NCBI GenBank assembly: GCA_964016885.1
Contig: OZ024741.1
Location: 222,642,001-222,706,000, forward strand
Source of the DNA: Eledone cirrhosa
Taxonomy: Eukaryota
Direction of reading: 5' to 3'
DNA: 64,000 nucleotides
A program made the translations under genes and the position numbers. Under the pieces are notes generated by a model. It made no database searches, had not been told where the DNA came from, and worked only from the letters and a program-made list of their open reading frames with translations. Below are positions 39,020 to 53,932 of the stretch, piece by piece. How positions within the stretch are numbered: the stretch's first letter is position 1; each line of letters begins with the position of its first letter.

Positions 39020-39867
39020 TATTAATTTTAGGAAAAGAGAGCTGTAAGAGGGAAATAAAATTATGATGTTCTCTGTAGTAAAATACTAATTATAGGTTAA
39101 CTAAATTAATAATTATAGAAAGAAGAATATCGATTACCACCTGACCTGGAGCGTGCTCAAAATAGCAGATACGAGTGTAGGTTATGCTCCCAGGAACTTT
39201 TTGAAATCATGAAATCTAAGGATATCCTATTAAATAAGCGACAGGAATTAATTATATCTTGCAATCATAGAATTGGAAGAACCTTCAAATATTATAAACC
39301 TAATTAATATACACCTTACTCTTATATTTTACAAATTATTATAATTGTTTTTTTAATTTAGTTAACCTATAATTAGTATTTCCTCCACCTTCATCATAAG
39401 GATGAAACCGTTGACCACTTGAAAAGTTGTCACCAAGGCACTAACAAGTCCCACCAACACCGGTTTTGAAACCAGAATGATCCCTCTCCTAAAGAGACAG
39501 CCAACCAAGGCTAATGAGCTATGTCTATTCGTTCTTTTTCTTTGTTTGTTTTTGTACACACAATTGTATGGACGTTGACTCTCCTGAGTTCGCCTACCCT
39601 TTGATGGGTTTTATTTTTTATCACACAAGGTGTCCAAAAATCACCCTCCTCGACTTAGTACATGTTACGAATATATAGTACTGTTGTATGAAGCACCCAG
39701 CGCGGGTACTTGAAAATGCAGGCCCTGTAGCAAATGTTACTCTTGCTACTAGGTTGATCCAACACCGGCAAGGTCTTTCAAATCCCACTCCACCATCTTT
39801 AAAAATGAGAACACCTTGGGTTGACAGTTTCATTTCCATATTTACAATGGAATACATATTTGAATCA

Positions 39868-39950
39868 GGCAGCGAATTGGCAGAATTATAAGAACGTATT
39901 CGTTCCAGCTACCTACGCTCTGAGTTCAAATCCCGCAGAGGTCAACTTTC
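39868..39950 (+). mobile_element. Old 5' fragment of a family-A-related SINE
   Basis: GGCAGCGAATTGGCAGAAT...CTCTGAGTTCAAATCCCGCAGAGGTCAACTTT. Confidence 0.75.
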
Positions 39951-39971
39951 TCTCTTCTTTATCACTCTCAC

Positions 39972-40103
39972 CTTCTGGAAGAAATTGGCTGTGTTCAAAC
40001 ATGGTGAGGATGGGCTCCACCATGTTTAAAATGCCCAAGATACGCCGTATGGCACTAGAGCGCTCCTACGACTTCATCAGGAGTTATGGAGCTAAGAAAG
40101 AAA
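39972..40103 (-). other. Candidate exon, possibly a first coding exon (MVEPILTMFEHSQFLPE)
   Basis: More GC-rich than its upstream flank. Minus-strand acceptors aatttcag| (AG 40105-40104) or tttctttcttag| (AG 40093-40092); donor AAG|GTGAGA (GT 39971-39970). ATG at 40023 is in AACATGG context. All three frames have a stop somewhere across the full exon. Confidence 0.3.
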
Positions 40104-40439
40104 CTGAAATTATGAATTATTCCATTATTAAAATGGTTTTTGTTAACATAATTAATATGTTTTTATTTTATTTCAAATAGCGTTAGTAGATTTATATTAA
40201 ATAGATACACTTTAAAATGGGTGATTTTATTTCATAGACAAAAAGATTATTTTCGGCGGGTTGGTATCGAAATGGTTGATGCAGTCCTAGATAAACTAAA
40301 AAAAAACAATTGAATGCCTTATGACTGACCTGCGGCTAAACAACAACAGCAACAACAACAATGATGTCCTGTAATTACTTAAAGACACCAGTTGCTATCC
40401 AGTCAAATCTAATGAAATATCTTCAACATTCCAATATTT

Positions 40440-41396
40440 CATCCCCTTCAACCTCTCTCCATCGTCCCCTTCACTCTCTCTCCCTCTCCCTCCCTTTCAA
40501 CCACTCATACACAGTCTCTCTTTCACTCTCACCTTCTCTCTTACTTTCTCTCTCTCTATCTCTCTGTCTCTCTCTCTCTCTCAACCATTCACACAGTCTC
40601 TCTCTAATTCTATCGTTCACCCACTCACATACACTCTCTCTCCCTCACTCTCACTCTTTCTCGCCCTTTCTCTCTCTCTCTCTCTCATCTCTATACCACA
40701 CCACAATCTCCTCTCTCCTCTCTCATTCTTTTTATTTATTTCTCTCTCTCAAAGTCTCAGACATACTCTCCCCCCCCCCCCCCCTCTCTCACTCAGTACC
40801 ACATCTTTCTCTGACAAATCTTTCTCTCGCACCAATACACACACACATATATACACACACACACACATACACACACACACACATACATATATACACACAC
40901 ACACACACATACACACACGCATACGGACACACGCACGCACACACTCTCACACAAACACACTCTCTCATAGATACTCTTGTTTCTTATTATAGTTGTCTCT
41001 CCTCAATCTTCTCTCTATATATATTTATCTATCTATCCATACCCCCTTTCTATTTATCTATCCATCTCTCTTTCCCCTCTCCCTTAACATTTGTATCACT
41101 TCAAAATTCATTCTCTCCCTCTCTTTCTATCACTCACACGCACCCCTCTTTCTTTATTAACTTATCTCTCTTTCTCTCGCTCTCTCCTATCCACAGCTCT
41201 CTCCCACCACACCAGTCTCTCTGTTTCCGTCATTTACATCATGCGATTGTTAAGAAACTTTAGACTTTATACAAACGATGACTCATGGAATCCCAGAATT
41301 CCCGGTCCTTAGAGATGTGTGTATGCATGTACGAATGTATGTATGATGTGCGTATGTATAGTTGTATGCATTGCATGCATGGATCTGTATGTATGT

Positions 41397-41447
<51 letters not shown>

Positions 41448-41468
41448 TATACATACACACACACATAC

Positions 41469-41499
<31 letters not shown>

Positions 41500-41567
41500 C
41501 ATACATACACAGATACTTATTTATATATATACATATATATGTGTGTGTGTATGCATGTATGTATATA

Positions 41568-41606
<39 letters not shown>

Positions 41607-41714
41607 TCATATACATATTCATATACATATAATACACACACACACACACATATATATATATTTATATGTGTGTGTCTGTATATATATATATGTATATATA
41701 AGTATGTATATATA

Positions 41715-41813
<99 letters not shown>

Positions 41814-41830
41814 GTATGTATAAATATATG

Positions 41831-41916
<86 letters not shown>

Positions 41917-41960
41917 TACGCATATGCAAACATGCACACAGCCGCCCGGACACACACATA
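40440..41960. repeat. Cluster of CT-rich low-complexity DNA and (CA)n/(TA)n/(TG)n microsatellites
   Basis: CT-rich at 40440-40830 and 40960-41230; (CA)n at about 40836-40960; compound TA/TG/CA at 41316-41960. Confidence 0.95.
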
Positions 41961-44900
41961 GATTGGTCATGTGTCTATACATTATGTTCCGTTGCCGTTG
42001 TTTACAACTAGGTCAATTGATAGGTTTTGTTTTATTGTTTGACATAATTAAAACCATTGTTTCTATTGTTGTTGAGTATTGTTTTGTTGTTGGTAAGTTG
42101 GTGTTGTTGGTGTAGTTATTGTTGTGGTTGTTGAAGTGGTTGTTGTTGGTGGTGTTGTAGTTGTTGGTAGTGTTTTCTTGGTGTTGGTGTTGCGGTCGTT
42201 GTTGTTGTTGGTAGTGTTTTCTTGGTGTTGTGGTCGTTGTTGTTGTTGGTAGTGTTTTCTTGGTGTTGGTGTTGTGGTCATTGTTGTTGTTGGTAGTGTT
42301 TTGTTGGTGTTGTGGTCGTTGCTGTTGGTCGTGTTTTGTTTGTGTTGGTGTTGTGGTTGTTGGTGGTGTTGTGGTCGTTGTTGTTGTTGGTAGTGTTTTG
42401 TTGGTGTTGGTGTTGTGGATGTTCGTAGTGTTTTATTGGTGTTGATGTTGTGGTTGTTGGTAATGTTTTGTTGGTGTTGGTGTTGTGGTTGTTGTTGTTG
42501 GTGTTGTTGTTGGTAGTGTTTTGTTGGTGTTCATGTGGTTGTTGGCAGTGTTCTGTTGGTGTTGGTGTTGTTGGTGTTGGTAGTGTTTTGTTGGTGTTGA
42601 TGTTGTGGTTGTTGGTAGTGTTTTGTTGGTGTTGATGTGGTTGTTGACAGTGTTCTGTTGGTGTTGGTGTTGTTGTTGATAGGGTGTTGTTGGTGTTGGT
42701 GTTGTGGTTGTTGGTAGTGGTTTGTTGGTGTTGATGTTGTGGTTGTTGTTGTTGGTGTTGGTGTTGTGGTTGTTGGTAGTGGTTTGTTGGTGTTGATGTT
42801 GTGGTTGTTGTTGTTGGTGTTGGTGTTGTGGTTGTTGGTAGTGTTTTGTTGGTGTTGATGTGGGTGTTGGTAGTGTTCTGTTGATGTTGGTGTTGTGGTT
42901 GTTGATAGTGATTTGTTGGTGTTGGTGTTGTTGGTAGTGTTGTGTTGGTGTTGGTGTTGTGGTTGTTGGTGTTGGTGTTGGTGTTGTGGTTGTTGTTGGT
43001 GTTGATGTTGTGGTTGTTGGTGTTCATGTGGTTGTTGGCAGTGTTCTGTTGGTGTTGGTGTTGTTGGTGTTGGTAGTGTTTTGTTGGTGTTGATGTTGTG
43101 GTTGTTGGTAGTGTTTTGTTGGTGTTGATGTGGTTGTTGACAGTGTTCTGTTGGTGTTGGTGTTGTTGTTGATGTTGTGGTTGTTGTTGCTGGTGTGGTT
43201 GTTGTGGTTGTTGGTAGTGTTCTGTTGATGTTGGTGTTGTGGTTGTTGTTGTTGGTGTTGATGTTGTGGTTGTTGGTGTTGATCTTGTGGTTGTTGGTAG
43301 TGTTTTGTTGATGTTAGCGTTGTGGTTGTTGGTGTTGTTGTTGTGGTTGTTGGTAGTGTTTTGTTGGTTTTGATGTTGTGGTTGTTGGTGTTGATGTTGT
43401 GGTTGTTGGTAGTGTTTTGTTGGTGTTGTTGTTGTTGGTAGTGTTTTCTTCGTGTTGGTGTTATGGTTGTTGGTAGTGTTTTGTTTGTGTTTGTGTTGTG
43501 GTTGTTGGTAGTGTTTTATTTGTGTTGGTATTGTTGTTGTTGGTAGTGTTTTGTTAGTGTTGGTGTTGTTGGTAGTGCTTTGTTGGTGTTGATATTGTGG
43601 TTGTTGGTAGTGTTCTGTTGGTGTTGTTGGTATTATTCTGTTGGTGTTGGTGTTGTGGTGATTGGTATTATTTTGTTGGTGTCGATGTTGTGGTTGTTGG
43701 TAGTGTTCTGTTGGTGTTAATGCTGTGGTTGTTGGTGTTGATCTTGTGGTTTTTGGTAGTGATTTGTTGGTGTTGATGTTGTGGTTGTTGGTGGTGTTCT
43801 ATTTGTGTTGATGTTGCTGTTGTGTTTGTTGGTATTTTTTTGTTGGTGTTGGTGTTGGTGTTGTTGGTATTATTCTGTTAGTGTGGGTGTTGTTGTTGTT
43901 AGTAGTGTTTTGTTTGTGTTCGTGTTGTTGATAGTGTTCTGTTGGTGTTGGTGTTTTTGTTGATGGTAGTGTTTTGTTGGTGTTGGGGTTGTTGTTGGTA
44001 GTGTTTGTTGGTGTTGATATTGTGTTTGTTGGTAGTGTTCTGTTGGTGTTGATGTTGTGATTGTTGGTGTTGATCTTGTGGTTGTTGGTAGTGTTTTGTT
44101 GGTGTTCATGTTGTAGTTGTTGGTAGTGTTTTGTTGTTGGTGGTGTTGTTGGTAGTATTTTATTGGTGTGGGTGTTTTTGTTGTTGGTAGTGTTCTGCTG
44201 GTGTTGGTGTTGTCGTTGTGGGTAGTGTTCTGTTGGTGTTGGTGTTGTTGTTGCTGGTAGTGTTTTGTTGGTGTTGATGTTGTGGTTGTTGTTGTTGTCG
44301 TTGGAGTTGTCGGTAGTGTTGTGGTTGTTGATAGTGTTTTGTGTGTTGGTGTTGTGGTTGTTGGTAGTGTTTTGTTGTTGTTGGTGTTGTTGTTGTTGGT
44401 AGCGTTTTGTTGGTGTTGGCGTTGTGGTTGTTGATAGAGTTTTGTTGGTGTTGGTGTTGGTGTTGTTGGTAGTGTTGTGTTGGTGTTGGTGTTGTGGTTG
44501 TTGGTGTTGGTGTTGGTGTTGTGGTTGTTGTTGTTGGTGTTGATGTTGATGTTGTGGTTGTTGGTGTTCATGTGGTTGTTGGCAGTGTTCTGTTGGTGTT
44601 GGTGTTGTTGGTGTTGGTAGTGTTTTGTTGGTGTTGATGTTGTGGTTGTTGGTAGTGTTTTGTTGGTGTTGGTGTTGTTGTTGACAGTGTTCTGTTGGTG
44701 TTGGTGTTGTTGTTGATGTTGTGGTTGTTGTTGCTGGTGTGGTTATTGTGGTTGTTGGTAGTGTTCTGTTGATGCTGGTTTTGTGGTTGTTGTTGTTGGT
44801 GTTGATCTTGTGGTTGTTGGTAGTGTTTTGTTGGTGTTGGTGCTGCTGTTGTTGTTGGTAGTGATTTGTTGGTGTTGATATTGTGGTTGTTGGTGGTGTT

Positions 44901-47463
44901 CTGTTGGTGTTGTTGGTATTATTCTGTTGGTGTTGGTGTTGTGGTGATTGGTTTTATTTTGTTGGTGTCGATGTTGTGGTTGTTGGTGGTGTTGTTGGTA
45001 GTGTTTTATTGGTGTGGGTGTTTTTGTTGTTGGTAGTGTTCTGCTGGTGTTGGTGTTGTCGTTGTGGGTAGTGTTCTGTTGGTGTTGGTGTTGTTGTTGC
45101 TGGTAGTGTTTTGTTGGTGTTGATGTTGTGGTTGTTGTTGTTGGCGTTGGGGTTGTCGGTAGTGTTTTGTTGGGGTTGGTGTTGTTTGTAGTATTCTGTT
45201 GGTGTAGGTGTTGTGGTGATTGGTATTATTTTTTTTGGTGTTGATGTTGTGGGTGTTGGTAGTGCTTTGTTGGTGTTGATATTGTGGTTGTTGGTAGTGT
45301 TCTGTTGGTGTTAATGTTGTGGTTGTTGGGGTTGATCTTGTGGTTGTTGGTAGTGATTTGTTGGTATTGATGTTGTTGGTGTTTGTTTTGTGGTTGTTGG
45401 TAGTGTTTCGCTGGCGTTGATGTTGTGGTTGTTGTTGTTGGTGTTCGGCTTATTGGTAGTGTTTTGTTGGTGTTGGTGTTGTTGGTAGTATTCTGTTGGT
45501 CTTGGTGTTGTTGTTGTTGGTAGTGTGCTGTTGCTGTTGGTGTTGTGGTTGTTTGTAGTGTTCTATTGGTGTTGGTGTTGCTGTTGTGTTTGTTGGTATT
45601 TTTTGTTGGTGTTGGTGTTGTTGGTAGTATTCAGTTGGTGTTGGTGTCGTGGTTGTTGGTAGTGTTTTATTGATGTTGGTGTTGTTGGTAATGTTCTATT
45701 GGTGTTGGTGTTGTGGTTGTTGATAGTGTTTTGTGTGTTGGTGTTGTTGTTGGTAGTGTTTTGTTGGTGTTGATGTTGTGGTTGTTGGTAGTGTTTTATT
45801 GTTGTTGGTGTTGTTGTTGTTGGTAGTGTTTTGTTGGTGTTGGTGTTGTGGTTGTTGATAGAGTTTTGTTGGTGTTGATGTTGTGTTTGTTGGTAGTGTT
45901 TTGTTGGTGTTGACGTGGTTGTTGGTAGTGTTTTGTTGGTGTTGTGGTTGTTGGTAGTGTTTTGTTGGTGTTGGTGTTGTGGTTGTTGATGTTGGTTTTG
46001 GTGTTATTGGTAATGTTTTGTTGGTGTTGGTGTTGGTTTTGTCGTTGTTTGTAGTGTTTTGTTGTTGGTGGTGTTGTGGTCGTTGGAAGTGTTTTGTTGG
46101 TGTTCGTGTTGTTGGTAGTGTTCTGTTGGTGTTGTTTTTGTTGGTAGTGTTTTGTTGGTGTTGATGTTGTGGTTGTTGTTGGTGTTTGTTTTGTGTGTTG
46201 TTGTTGTTGGTAGTGTTTTGTTGGTGTTGATGTTGTGGTTGTTGTTGGTGTTTTATTGGTGTGGGTGGTTTTATTGTTGGTAGTGTTCTGTTGGTGTTGG
46301 TGTTGTCGTTGTTGGTTGTGTTTTGATGGTGTTAATATTGTGGTTGTTGGTAGTGTTTTGTTGGTGTTGGTGTTGTCGTTGTGGGTAGTGTTGTGTTGGT
46401 GTTGATGTTGTGGTTGTTGTTGTTGGTGTTGGGCTTGTTGATAGTGTTTTGTTGGTGTTGGTGTTGGTGTTGTTGGTAGTATTCTGTTGGTATTGGTGTT
46501 GTTGGTGTTGGTAGTGTTCCGTTGGTGTTGGTGTCGTGGTTTTTGTAGTGTTTTATTGATGTTGGTGTTGTTGGTAATGATCTGTTGGTGTTGGTTGTGG
46601 TTGTTGATAGTGTTTTGTGTGTTGGCGTTGTCTTTGTTGGTAATGTTCTCTTTGGAGTTGATGCTGTGGTTGTTGGTAGTGTTTTGTTGGTATTACGTTG
46701 TGGTTGTTCGTATTGGTTTGTTGGTGTTGGTGTTGTGTTTGTTGGTAGTGTTACATTGGTGTTTGCATTGTGGTTCTTGGTGTTGTGGTTGTTATTAGTG
46801 TTTTGTTGGTGTTGAGCTTGTTGGTAGTTTTTTGTGGTTGATGGTAGTGTTTTGTTAGTGTTAATGTTGTGGTTGTTGTTGTCGGTGTTGGTGTTGTGTT
46901 TGTTGGAAGTGTTTTGTTGGTTTTGACGAAAGTTGTTGGCAGTGTTTTGTTGATGTTGGTGTTGGTGTTGTGGTTCTTTGAAGTGTTTTGTTAATGTTGG
47001 TGATGTGGTTGTTGATAGTGTTTTGTGTGGTATTGGTGTTGTGATGGTTGGTATTTGTTTCTTGGTTTTAGTCTTTAGGTCTTTTCTTTGTGATTATGTT
47101 GTGGTTGTTGGTAGTGTTTTATTGGTGTTGGTGTTGGTTTTGTCGTTGTTTGTAGTGTTTTGTTGTTGTTGGTGTTGTGGTTGTTGGAAGTGTGTTGTTG
47201 TTGTTCGTGTTGTTGGTAGTGTTCTGTTGGTGTTGTTGTTGTTGGTAGTGTTTTGTTGGTGTTGATGTTGTGGTTGTTGTTGGTGTTTGTTTTGTGTGTT
47301 GTTGGTAGTGTTTTGCTGGTGTTGAAGTGGTTGTTGGTAGTGTTTTGTAGGTGTTGATATTGTGGTTGTTGGTAGTGTTTTGTTTTTGTTGATGTTGTTA
47401 GTAGTGTTTTATTGGTGTGGGTGGTTTTATTGTTGGTAGTGTTCTGTTGGTGTTGGTGTTGTC

Positions 47464-49000
47464 GTTGTTGGTTGTGTTTTGATGGTGTTAATATTGTGGT
47501 TGTTGGTAGTGTTTTGTTGTTGTTGGTGTTGTTGTTGTCGTTATGGGTAGTGTTGTGTTGGTGTTGATGTTGTGTTGTTGTTGTTGGTGTTGGTGTTGTT
47601 GGTAGTATTCTGTTGGTGTTGGTGTTGTTGGTGTTGGTAGTGTTCCGTTGGTGTTGGTATCGTGGTTTTTGGTAGTGTTTTATTGATGTTGGTGTTGTTG
47701 GTAATGATCTGTTGGTGTTGGTTGTGGTTGTTGGTAGTGTTTTGTGTGTTGGTGTTGTCTTTGTTGGTAATGTTCTCTTTGGAGTTGATGTTGTGGTTGT
47801 TGGTAGTGTTTTGTTGGTTTTGGTGTTGTGGATGTTGGTAGTATTTCCTTGGTGTTAGTGTTGTTGGTAGTATTCTGTTGGTGTTCTGGTTGTTGGTTGT
47901 GTTTTGATGGTGTTCTTGTTGTGGTTGTTGTTATCGGTGTTGGTGTTGTGGTTGTTGGTAGTGTTTTGTTGGTGTTGACGTGGTTGTTGGTAGTGTTTTG
48001 TGAGTTTTGATGTTGTGGTTGTTGATGTTGGTTTTGGTGTTGTTGGTAGTATTTTGTTGGTGTTGGTGTTGGTGTTGCGGTTGTTAGTAGTGTTTTGTTG
48101 GTATTATGTTGTGGTTGTTGGTATTGGTTTGTTTGTGTTGGTGTTGTATTTGTTGGTAGTGTTACATTGGTGTTTGCTTTGTGGTTCTTGGTGTTGTTGA
48201 TAGTGTTCGGTTGGTGTTGGTGTTGTGGTTGTTGGTTGTGTTTTGATGGTGTTAATATTGTGGTTGTTGGTAGTGTTTTGTTGTTGTTGGTGTTGTTGTT
48301 GTCGTTATGGGTAGTGTTGTGTTGGTGTTGATGTTGTGTTGTTGTTGTTGGTGTTGGTGTTGTTGGTAGTATTCTGTTGGTGTTGGTGTTGTTGGTGTTG
48401 GTAGTGTTCCGTTGGTGTTGGTATCATGGTTTTTGGTAGTGTTTTATTGATGTTGGTGTTGTTGGTAATGATCTGTTGGTGTTGGTTGTGGTTGTTGGTA
48501 GTGTTTTGTGTGTTGGTGTTGTCTTTGTTGGTAATGTTCTCTTTGGAGTTGATGTTGTGGTTGTTGGTAGTGTTTTGTTGGTTTTGGTGTTGTGGATGTT
48601 GGTAGTATTTCCTTGGTGTTAGTGTTGTTGGTAGTATTCTGTTGGTGTTCTGGTTGTTGGTTGTGTTTTGATGGTGTTCTTGTTGTGGTTGTTGTTATCG
48701 GTGTTGGTGTTGTGGTTGTTGGTAGTGTTTTGTTGGTGTTGACGTGGTTGTTGGTAGTGTTTTGTGAGTTTTGATGTTGTGGTTGTTGATGTTGGTTTTG
48801 GTGTTGTTGGTAGTATTTTGTTGGTGTTGGTGTTGGTGTTGCGGTTGTTAGTAGTGTTTTGTTGGTATTATGTTGTGGTTGTTGGTATTGGTTTGTTTGT
48901 GTTGGTGTTGTATTTGTTGGTAGTGTTACATTGGTGTTTGCTTTGTGGTTCTTGGTGTTGTTGATAGTGTTCGGTTGGTGTTGGTGTTGTGGTTGTTGGT
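47464..49000. repeat. 764-bp tandem duplication inside the G/T satellite
   Basis: Identical ORF translations at 47828/48592 and 48000/48764 (offset 764). One visible difference: GGTATCGTGG versus GGTATCATGG. Confidence 0.92.
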
Positions 49001-49080
49001 AGTGTTTTGTTAGTGTTAATGTTGTGGTTGTTGTTGTCGGTGTTGGTGTTGTGTTTGTTGGAAGTGTTTTGTTGGTGTTT

Positions 49081-52000
49081 ACGAACAACCACAACATCAA
49101 CTCCAAAGAGAACATTACCAACAAACACAACACCAACACACAAAACACTACCAACAACCATAACCAACACCAACAGATCATTACCAACAACACCAACATC
49201 AATAAAACACAACCAAAAACCACGACACCAACACCAACAGAATACTACCAACAACACCAACACCAACAAAACACTACCAACAAGCCGTACACCAACAACA
49301 ACAACCACAACATCAACACCAACACAACACTACCCACAACGACAACACCAACACCAATAACGACAAAAACTACCAACAACCACAATATTAACACCTACAA
49401 AACACTACCAACAACCACTTAAACACCAACAAAACACTACCAACAACCACTTAAACACCAACAAACACTACCAACAACCACTTAAACACCAACAAAACAC
49501 TACCAATAACCACAAATCAAACAACAACAACAACCACAACATCAACACCAATAGAACACTACCAACAACCACAATATCAACACCAACAAAGCACTACCAA
49601 CAACCACAACATCAACACCAACAAAACAATACCAACCACCATACCACCAACACCAACAGATCATTACCAACAACACCAACATCAATAAAACACTACCAAA
49701 AACCACGACACCAACACCAACTAAACGCTACCAACACCAACAACACCAACACCAACAGAATACTACCAACAACACCCACACCAACAAATCCCTACCAACC
49801 AGCCCAACACCATCAAAACACTACCAACTACCACAACATCTTCACCCACAAAACACTACCAACAACCACAACACCAACACCGACAACAACAACCACAAAA
49901 TTAACACTAACAAAACACTACCAACAACCACAACATCATCACCACCAAAAAACTACCAACAACCACACCAACAACAAAACACTAACAAAAAACCACAACA
50001 CCAAAAACCAGAAAGCAAACACCAATAAAATACTCCCAATAAAGACAACACCAACACCAACAAACCAATACCAACAACCACAACATAATACCAACAAAAC
50101 ACTACCAACAACTACACCAACACCAACAAAATACTACCAACAACACTAAAACCAACATCAACAACCACAACATCAACACCCACAAAACACTACCAACAAC
50201 CCCGTCAATACCATCAAAACACTACCAACAACCACAACACCAACACCGACAACAACAATCACAACAAGAACACCATCAAAACACGACCAACAACCATAAC
50301 ACCAACACCAACAGAATACTACCAACCACACTAACACCAAGGAAAAACTACCAACATTCACAACACGAACACCAACAAAACACTACCAACAACCACAACA
50401 TCAACTCCAAAGTGAACATTACCAACAAACACAACACCAACACACAAAACACTACCAACAACCATAACCAACACCAACAGATCATTACCTACAACACCAA
50501 CATCAATAAAACACTACCAAAACCTCGACACCAACACCAACAAAATACTACCAACATCAAAAACACCAACACCAACAGAATACTACCAACAACACCAACA
50601 CCAACACAAACAAAACACTACCAACAAGCCCAACACCAACAACAACCACAACATCAACACCAACACAACACTACTCACAACTGCAACACCAACACCAACA
50701 ACAACAAAACACTACCAACAAACACAAATCAAACAACAACAACAACCACAACATCAACTCCAACAGAACACTACCAACAACCACAATATCAACACCAACA
50801 AAGCACTACCAACAACCACAACATCAACACCAACAAAACAATACCAACCACCACACCACCAACACCAACACCAACAAAACACTACCAACAACCGCAACAC
50901 CAACAGATCATAACCAACAACACCAACATCAATAAAACACTACCAAAAACCACGACACCAACACCAACAAAACGCTACCAGCAACAACAACACCAACACC
51001 AACAGAACACTACCAACAACGACAACACCAACACCAACAGAACACTACCAACAACAAAATCACCCACACCAATAAAACACTACCAACAACACCAATAACA
51101 ACAAAACACTACCAACAACCACAATATCAACACCTACAAAACACTTCCAACAACCACAAAACAAACACCAACAACAACCACAACATCAACACCAACAAAA
51201 CACTACCAACAACAACACCAACAGAACACTACCAACAAGACGAACACCAACAAAACACTACCAACAACCACAACACCAACAACAACACAACACTACAAAC
51301 AACGACAAAACCAATACCAACACCAACAAAACACTACCAACAACCACAACACAAACACAAACACCAACAGAATACTACCAACAACACCAACACCAACAAA
51401 ACACTACCAACTACCACAACATCAACACCCACAAAACACTATCAACAACCACGTCAACACCAACAAAACACTACCAACAACCACAACACCAACACCGACA
51501 ACAACAACCACAACATTAACACTAACAAAACACTACGAACAATCAAAAGATCATCACCAATAAAAAAACTACCAACAACCACACCACCAACAAAACACTA
51601 ACAACAACCACAACATCAAAAACCAGAAAGCAAACACCAATAAAACACTACCAATAAAGACAACACCAACAACAACAAACCAATACCAACAACCACAACA
51701 TAATACCAACAAAACACTACCAACAACTACAACACCAACACCAACACCAACAAAATACTACCAACAACACTAAAACCAACAGCAACAACCACAACATCAA
51801 CACCCACAAAACACTACCAACAACCCTGTCAACACCATCAAAACATTACCAACAACCACAACACCAACACCGACAACAACAACCACAACAAGAACACCAT
51901 CAAAACAACCAACAACCAGAACACCAACACCAACAGAATACTACCAACCACACTAACACCAAGGAAAAACTACCAACATTCACAACACCAACACCAACAA

Positions 52001-53932
52001 AACACTACCAACAACCACAACATCAACTCCAAAGTGAACATTACCAACAAACACAACACCAATAAAGACAACACCAACACCAACAAACCAATACCAACAA
52101 CCATAACATAATACCAACAACTACAACACCAACACCAACAAAATACTACCAAAAACACTAAAACCAACATCAACAACCACAACATCAACACCCACAAAAC
52201 ACTACCAACAACCCCGTCAACACCATCAAAACACTACTAACAATCACAACACAAACACCGACAACAACAACCACAACATCAATACCATCAAAACACAACC
52301 AACAACCATAACACCAACACCAACAGAATACTACCAACACCACTAACACCAAGAAAACACTACCAACATCAACAACACCAACACCGACAAAACACTACCA
52401 ACAACCACAATATCAACACCAACAAAACACTACACACAACCACAAAAGGAACACCAACAATAACAACAACAACATCAACACCAACAAATCACTACCAACA
52501 ACCACAAGATCAACTCCAACAACCACAACATCAACACCAACAGAACACTACCAACAACCACAATATCAACACCAACAAAACAATACCAACCACCACAACA
52601 CCAACACCAACAACAACCACAACACCAACAAAACACTACCAACAACAACACCAACAACACCAACAAAACAATACCAACAACCACAACATCAACATCCACA
52701 AAACATTACCAACAACCACGTCAACACCGACAAAACACTAGCAACAACCACAACACCAACACCGACAACAACAACCACAACATCAACACTAACAAAACAC
52801 TACCAACAACCACAAGATCAACACCAACAAAAAACTACCAACAACCACAACATCAACATCCACAAAACATTACCAACAACTACGTCAACACCAACAAAAC
52901 ACTAGCAACAACCACAACATAAACACCGACAACAACAACCACAACATCAACACTAACAAAACACTACCTACAACACCAATATCAATAAAACACTACCAGC
53001 AACCACGACACCAACACAAACAGAACACTACCAACAACACCAAAACCAACACCAATAGAACACTACCAACAACCACAACACCAACACCAACAGAACACTA
53101 CCATCAACAATAACAACAACACCAACGCCAAAAGATTACTACCAACAATACCAACACCAACAAAACACTAACAACAAGCCCAACACCAACAATAACAACC
53201 ACAACATCAACACCAACAAATCACTACCCACAACGACAACTCCAACACCAACAGATCACTACCAACAAAAAAACACCCACACCAATAAAACACTACCAAC
53301 AACATCAACAACAACAAAACAATAGCAACAACCACAACATCAACACCTACAAAACACTACCATCAACCACTTCACCACCAACAAAACACTAACAACAACC
53401 ACAAAACAAACACTACCAACAACAACAACACCAACACCAACAAATCACTACCAACAACCACAAGATCAACTCCAACAACCACAATATCAACACCAACAGA
53501 ACACTACCAACAAGCACAATATTAACACCAACAAAACTCTACCAACAACACCAACTGCAAGAAAACACTATCAAGAACCACAACACCAACATCAACAGAA
53601 CACTACCAACACCCACATCAACAACAACAAAACACTATCAACAACCACAACGCCAACAACAACAAAACACTACCAACAACCACATCAACACCAACAAAAC
53701 ACTACCAACAACCACAACATCAACACCAACAGATCATTACCTACAACACCAATATCAATAAAACACTACCAGAAACCACGACACCAACACCAACAGAACA
53801 CTACCAACAACACCAAAACCAACACCAATAGAACACTACCAACAACCACAACACCAACACCAACAGAACACTACCATCAACAACAACAACACCAACGCCA
53901 AAAGATTACTACCAACAATACCAACACCAACA
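49081..53932 (-). repeat. Inverted (C/A-rich) block of the G/T satellite, copy 1
   Basis: Abrupt strand-composition switch at ...GGTGTTT|ACGAACAACC and back at ...AACACCAACA|TTGGTGTT. Confidence 0.97.

Noticed and set aside
38290-39360. AT-rich stretch resembling a mitochondrial insertion
   Set aside because: I could not recognise any mitochondrial gene, tRNA or rRNA motif. Part of it is explained by a local duplication and a SINE.
39362-39860. Possible decayed LINE ORF (KDGGVG; CKYG...RWWSGI)
   Set aside because: The motifs are too short and lie in different frames. A blastx search is needed.
39997-40027. 10-bp stem hairpin AAACATGGTG...CACCATGTTT as a terminator or ncRNA
   Set aside because: The context is eukaryotic and the stem is too short to support alone. 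It is noted only because it overlaps the candidate ATG.
40361-42115. ORFs rich in YI, HT, CV or SL dipeptides
   Set aside because: These are dinucleotide microsatellite translations.
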